NCBI RefSeq assembly: GCF_009914755.1
Contig: NC_060927.1
Source: the human T2T-CHM13v2.0 reference genome, Homo sapiens
Direction: 5' to 3' (one strand)
Length of the DNA stretch: 64,000 bases
Every line of letters starts with the position of its first letter. The first letter of the stretch is position 1. Shown piece after piece: positions 59,611-64,000 of this stretch. Made by a program: the position numbers and the translations under genes. The notes beneath the pieces were generated by a model that saw nothing but the letters and a program-made list of their open reading frames with translations, made no database searches and had not been told where the DNA came from.

Positions 59611-59775
59611 CCACCTGTTTTTGTAAATGAAGCTTTCTTGGAACACAGCCATGACCATTTGTTTTCATATTATCAATGGCTGTTCTTGCGTTACAATGAC
59701 AAAGACTGTGTGGCTTGCAAAGCCTAAATTAGCTACTGTCTGACCCTTCATAGAAAGTTTGCTGGCCCTTGGTTC
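59568..59775 (+). mobile_element. MER58A-like hAT DNA transposon
   Basis: tcagcaaattatggccc...ccacctgtttttgtaaat...ggaacacagccatg...aaagtttgctggcccttg. Confidence 0.75.
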
Positions 59776-59975
59776 AGTGAATCCTCTGTTAAAAGGCACC
59801 AAGACTGTCAGATCAATCTTCTGCTACAGCAAATATCATAGCAGTGACTATTCTAGAACACACGTCTTTGTACACATTAACAAATATATTCTAAAGACAA
59901 ATTCTTAGGACTGGCTTTCTCGGGTCAAATTTAAGATACATGTATTCTTAACTGTGATAGATATTGCTAATTGTC

Positions 59976-60368
59976 TGCTATAAACTGAATTATATTTCCC
60001 CAAAATACAGATGTCAAAGCCCTAACCCTCAATGTGACTGTGTTTTGCAGGTAGGGCCTTAAGGAGGTAATTAAGATGAAATGAAGATGTAAAAATGGGT
60101 CCCTAATCTAATAGGACTGGCCCCTATAAGAAGAGAAAGAGACTCCAGAGATCTCTCTCTCTACCCTGAGCACAGAGGAAAAGCCATTTGAGGACACAAC
60201 AAGAAGGTAGCTGTCCGCAAGCTAATAAGAGAGACATCACCAGGAACCAAGTTTACTGGCACCTTGATCTTGGACTTTCAGCTTCCAGAACTGTGAGAAA
60301 ATAAATTTCTATTGGTTAAGCGGCCAGCGTGTGGTATTTTGTTACAGCAGCCCAAACAGACTAACATA
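59976..60368 (+). mobile_element. MLT1A/A0-like MaLR solo LTR
   Basis: tgctataaactgaat...ggcaccttgatcttggactttcagcttccagaactgtgagaaaataaatttct...gcagcccaaacagactaacata. Confidence 0.85.
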
Positions 60369-61544
60369 CCTTCTTTAGAGTTTTACCAATTACTCTCCTA
60401 CCAGCAGCAGTGTACAGGCATATCTCTTTACCCACTTCCTTTGCTGAATTATTATCTAAGTTTTTTTTTGTTTTTGCCAGTCTGATAGGTGAAAAAACTA
60501 TGATAGCCTTATTGTTTAAATGCATTTATCTTATGAGATTGAGCATGATTTTGTATTTTAGTAAATTCCTTTATTTAAAAATAAACAGATCAAACAATGG
60601 CTCGTAGATACTATGCCTTGCAACAAATTGTGTGAGCTATGTAACATTATCCCTGTTTTACATATGAGGAAACTGAGGCACACAGAAGGTAAGTAAACCT
60701 GGCAAAAATGAGAGACATAGTAGCACTGTGGTTAAGAAAACTGACCTTGGAGTCAGACTACTTGGGTTTGCATCACAACTCCACCCCAAGTATCAGCTGT
60801 GCGGTCTTGGGAAAGTATTTAACCTCTCTATGCCTGGGTTTCCTTTTTTGTTTAATGAGACTAACAATAGTACTCATCCTATAGTGTGATTTGGGAAAAT
60901 AAAGGAGGGCTTTGATGATACCAGTTTTAAGTGGTGAAGCCACATTTTGAATCTTTTTTTCTGATCCACAGTAGAAGCTCCTAAACATTGCTGTTTCCCT
61001 TAGTGGCAATGTATGATTGTTAGACATTTTCTATTCCCTGGATGAATGCTGTATCTTTCCTCATTCTTGGAGGCTTTGAGGAAGTATGCCAACTCTATCC
61101 ATTGTTGCAAACATACAATATACAGAACGATGGCCCCCAAGCCTGAGCGTGTCTCCACTTGCTTAGTCATAACTGTTCAGAAATTTTGGAACATCAAACC
61201 ATTCAGGGTAAGGATTGACGAGGAAACATGAAAACTATGTAATCCTTCAAGTGTTTCAGATTATTCCCATCTGAAATAACACAGACAGTACAGAATTAGA
61301 TTTTAGAAAGATGCATACAAAATAGTTTTTTAAAAAATGTTTTGTGTCAACACATAAATATATTGCCTGAGTTCACTTTTTGAATGGAGCTGGCTCTCAT
61401 AGAACAGCACCTCAGCCGATTAATAATCAATCAGCTCATGTTTGTTGAGCACCTACGTGCTCAATACTATATACCTATTACCCCAAATATAGCAATGGAT
61501 AAAGTGGACACACTCTACATCCATATAGAATTTTAAATCTAGTG

Positions 61545-61748
61545 CAGTACTGTTCAATAGAAATTTCTACAATGATAAAAATGTTCAAGACTTCCACTGT
61601 CCAGTATGGTAGCCACTAGTCACAAGTCGCTATTAAGTAGTTGAGATGTGGTCAGTAGGACTAAGGAGGTGGATTTTTTATTTTAGTTAATTTAAATCAA
61701 AATTTAAATTGCCACATATAGCTCGTGGGTACCCTACTGAGCAGCATA
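61545..61748 (+). mobile_element. MER3-like hAT DNA transposon
   Basis: cagtactgttcaatagaaatttct...ctgtccagtatggtagccactagtcaca. Confidence 0.7.
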
Positions 61749-62689
61749 ACTCTAATGGGTGAATGTAAATTTGGGGCACATTTTCAAGAGTTGAGAAAGA
61801 ATGTCACTGAGTCCACATTAGGTATTCATTTAACACTAGGGGAAGTAAATTGCTGTGTTCTAGCGCCCCTGGAAATGTTACCTGGTACCCCAGTGTCTTG
61901 GTTTACCGACTTCAGCAAGGCTATAACTAGCTCTATACTGCCCAGCTGAGAAAGCACAGAATGGTATGAAAGCAACCCCTTTATCGATAGTGCAGAGGTT
62001 GCCAAACATCAGTCTCACCCAGCTCACAGATGTGTTTCATGTGGCCCAGTGTTTTAAAGTTAGTTTGAATCAAGGGTCAACATTCAAAATTGAAGTGATT
62101 TTATATTTCTGATTTCTGTAGAAGATTCAGAAGTCCCAACATCTTTCTCCCTGGCAATAGTTGGCTGAAGTTCAGGTTTCTGGTCTTGTCAGAGGGAGCG
62201 TATACTCTCCACGGTGATGAAGGTGCCACTATTCCCTATAGTCTTCCCTCCAGCCACCTTCATTCATTCACCCCATGCAAGCTTGGCCCCAGAAGCCATG
62301 TGAGCTTGTAGTCACTGCTTTAAGGCTTTGGTACATCTCCAGCCACTTCCCTGGATGTTACCAGATGCATGTACACATGCACATACACACGTGCCAGTCA
62401 CATCTTGCACTTCTGCACCTCTGTGCCTTTGTAAATGCTGTTCTTCTTACCTGGAATGCTTTTTTCTGTCTGGTTAAAGGGCTTTCCTCCACAAAACCAC
62501 CTGGATCTACCCAGGAAACTGCTTGTCCTTGTATATGCACTTAGAACATTACCAACTCTTCTGTCACCTTTTATTTTTCTCACTCCTGGACTCCAGACAA
62601 TGTTTTCATTCAGAAGAAGAAGTATCTTATTCACCTTAATATCCCTGAATCCTAGCACAGGGTCTGATGAATGAATTCTGAGTGAATGA

Positions 62690-63630
62690 ATTCTGACATC
62701 TCTGTCTCCAGCCCAGGCCTTCTATATGGATCAGGAGGAACCATCAAGAGGTCTTATTCAGCTGCCTCCTGGGTGCTTCCGTGAAAGTCCCTGCAGCCGT
62801 TCTGTCTGCACTTGCCTGCTATCTTCCTCCTCTTCGCCTTTCCATCTCTCAGAAAGCCTGTTACCCCTCCTGTTTCCTCAACTTGTATAAGTCACAGAGA
62901 ACCTCTAACAATTCCATAGTTAGTTACCTGAGCCAACAACACAGAGGTCATTTTAGTTTCTTCTTCTCCCATACCCCACCTGTCCCCTTATTCTCCCTCA
63001 ATCTCCGGCCATCCCTGGTACAAATGCCTTATTTCTGATGCTCATCACAGGTCAACTATTTTAGCAGTCTGCAACCTAAGTCCCTACATGTTCCCATACC
63101 ACCCTGATCCATCCTTCACTGTAATACATTCTCAACTTTCTAAACATATCTACAATACTTCTACAATTCTCCATTGCCCTCAGGATAAATGCAAGTCTCC
63201 CAAGCATGACAGAGAAAGTCAGCCCTCAGTTTCTCAGTTACTCTGCTACAGCCCCAGTGGCCTCCTTTCCATGCCTCAAAACTTTGCACATGCCATTCTC
63301 TCTGTCTAGAATGCCCTTCCCCCAGCACTTCACATGGTTGACTCTTCCATGGTTCAGGACTTAGCTCAAATGTAATCAGAAAGGCCCTCCCTGATGTCTC
63401 AACCTAAAGTGGCTCCCTGTCTAAACATGTCAACCCATGCTACTCCATCCACGATGTGTCAGATTCTGTCATCAAAGTCAGTAATGTCCATGTTTGTTTA
63501 CATGTCTGTCTCCCCACTAAAATGGAAACATCACGAAGGCGGGGACCTATCTGTAGCCCCAAGGCCTTGGCACAGTGCCTGGCACACAATCGGCACTTAA
63601 CCTGTGTTGGTTTGAATGCCAAATGATGAC
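62690..63630 (+). mobile_element. L2 LINE fragment
   Basis: ctttgcacatgccattctctctgtctagaatgcccttcc...tgtctgtctccccacta...gcacagtgcctggcaca. Confidence 0.65.
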
Positions 63631-63650
63631 TGACTCTGGTAATGAAGATA

Positions 63651-64000
63651 GGAAGGAGGGAAGGAAGGAAGGAAGGGAGGGAGGGAGGGAGGGAAGGAAG
63701 GAAGGAAAGAAGGAAGGAAGGAAGGAAGGAAGAATGGAAGAAAGGGAAGAAGGAAGGAAGGAAGGAAGGGAGGGAGGGAGGGAAGGAGGGAGGGAGGGAA
63801 GGAAGGAAGGAAAGAAGGAAGGAAGGAAGGAAGGAAGAATGGAAGAAAGGGAAGAAGGAAGGAAGGAAGGGAGGGAGGGAGGGAAGGAGGGAGGGAGGGA
63901 AGGAGAGAGGTAGGGAGGGAGGGAGGGAAGGAGAGAGGTAGGGAGGGAGGGAGGGAAGAAAGGAAAGAAGGAAGGAAGGAAGAATGGAAGAAAGGGAAGA
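63651..64000. repeat. Complex (GGAA)n/(GGGA)n purine repeat with higher-order units, running off the window end
   Basis: The marker agaatggaagaaagggaaga recurs near 63731, 63836 and 63981. Confidence 0.95.

Noticed and set aside
63575-63941. Arg/Glu/Gly/Lys-rich ORFs
   Set aside because: They are translations of the GGAA/GGGA repeat.

Overview
AT-rich, repeat-dense primate (most likely human) genomic DNA containing the 3' end of SYNPR (synaptoporin) on the + strand. The first ~40.7 kb is one long intron. It is followed by a 192-bp coding exon (40729-40920), a ~5.9-kb last intron, and the terminal exon (CDS 46830-47087, 3' UTR to the AATAAA at 48509-48514); the remainder is intergenic. Almost all other ORFs in the track are chance ORFs or derive from repeats (L1, Alu, HERV-H, MaLR, MIR/L2, DNA transposons, microsatellites). 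Repeat subfamily calls are from recalled consensus sequences, not a RepeatMasker run. The best observation is a young 5'-truncated L1 (21081-23538) whose 19-bp target-site duplication closes only at 24314-24332, so about 760 bp of foreign DNA with its own AATAAA and A-rich tail appears to have been carried in by L1 3' transduction. Second is a HERV-H remnant with only its 3' LTR and an open RNase H frame, sitting inside an otherwise contiguous MIR. I found no evidence for a wholly new biological system; the notable items are specific retrotransposition and rearrangement events.
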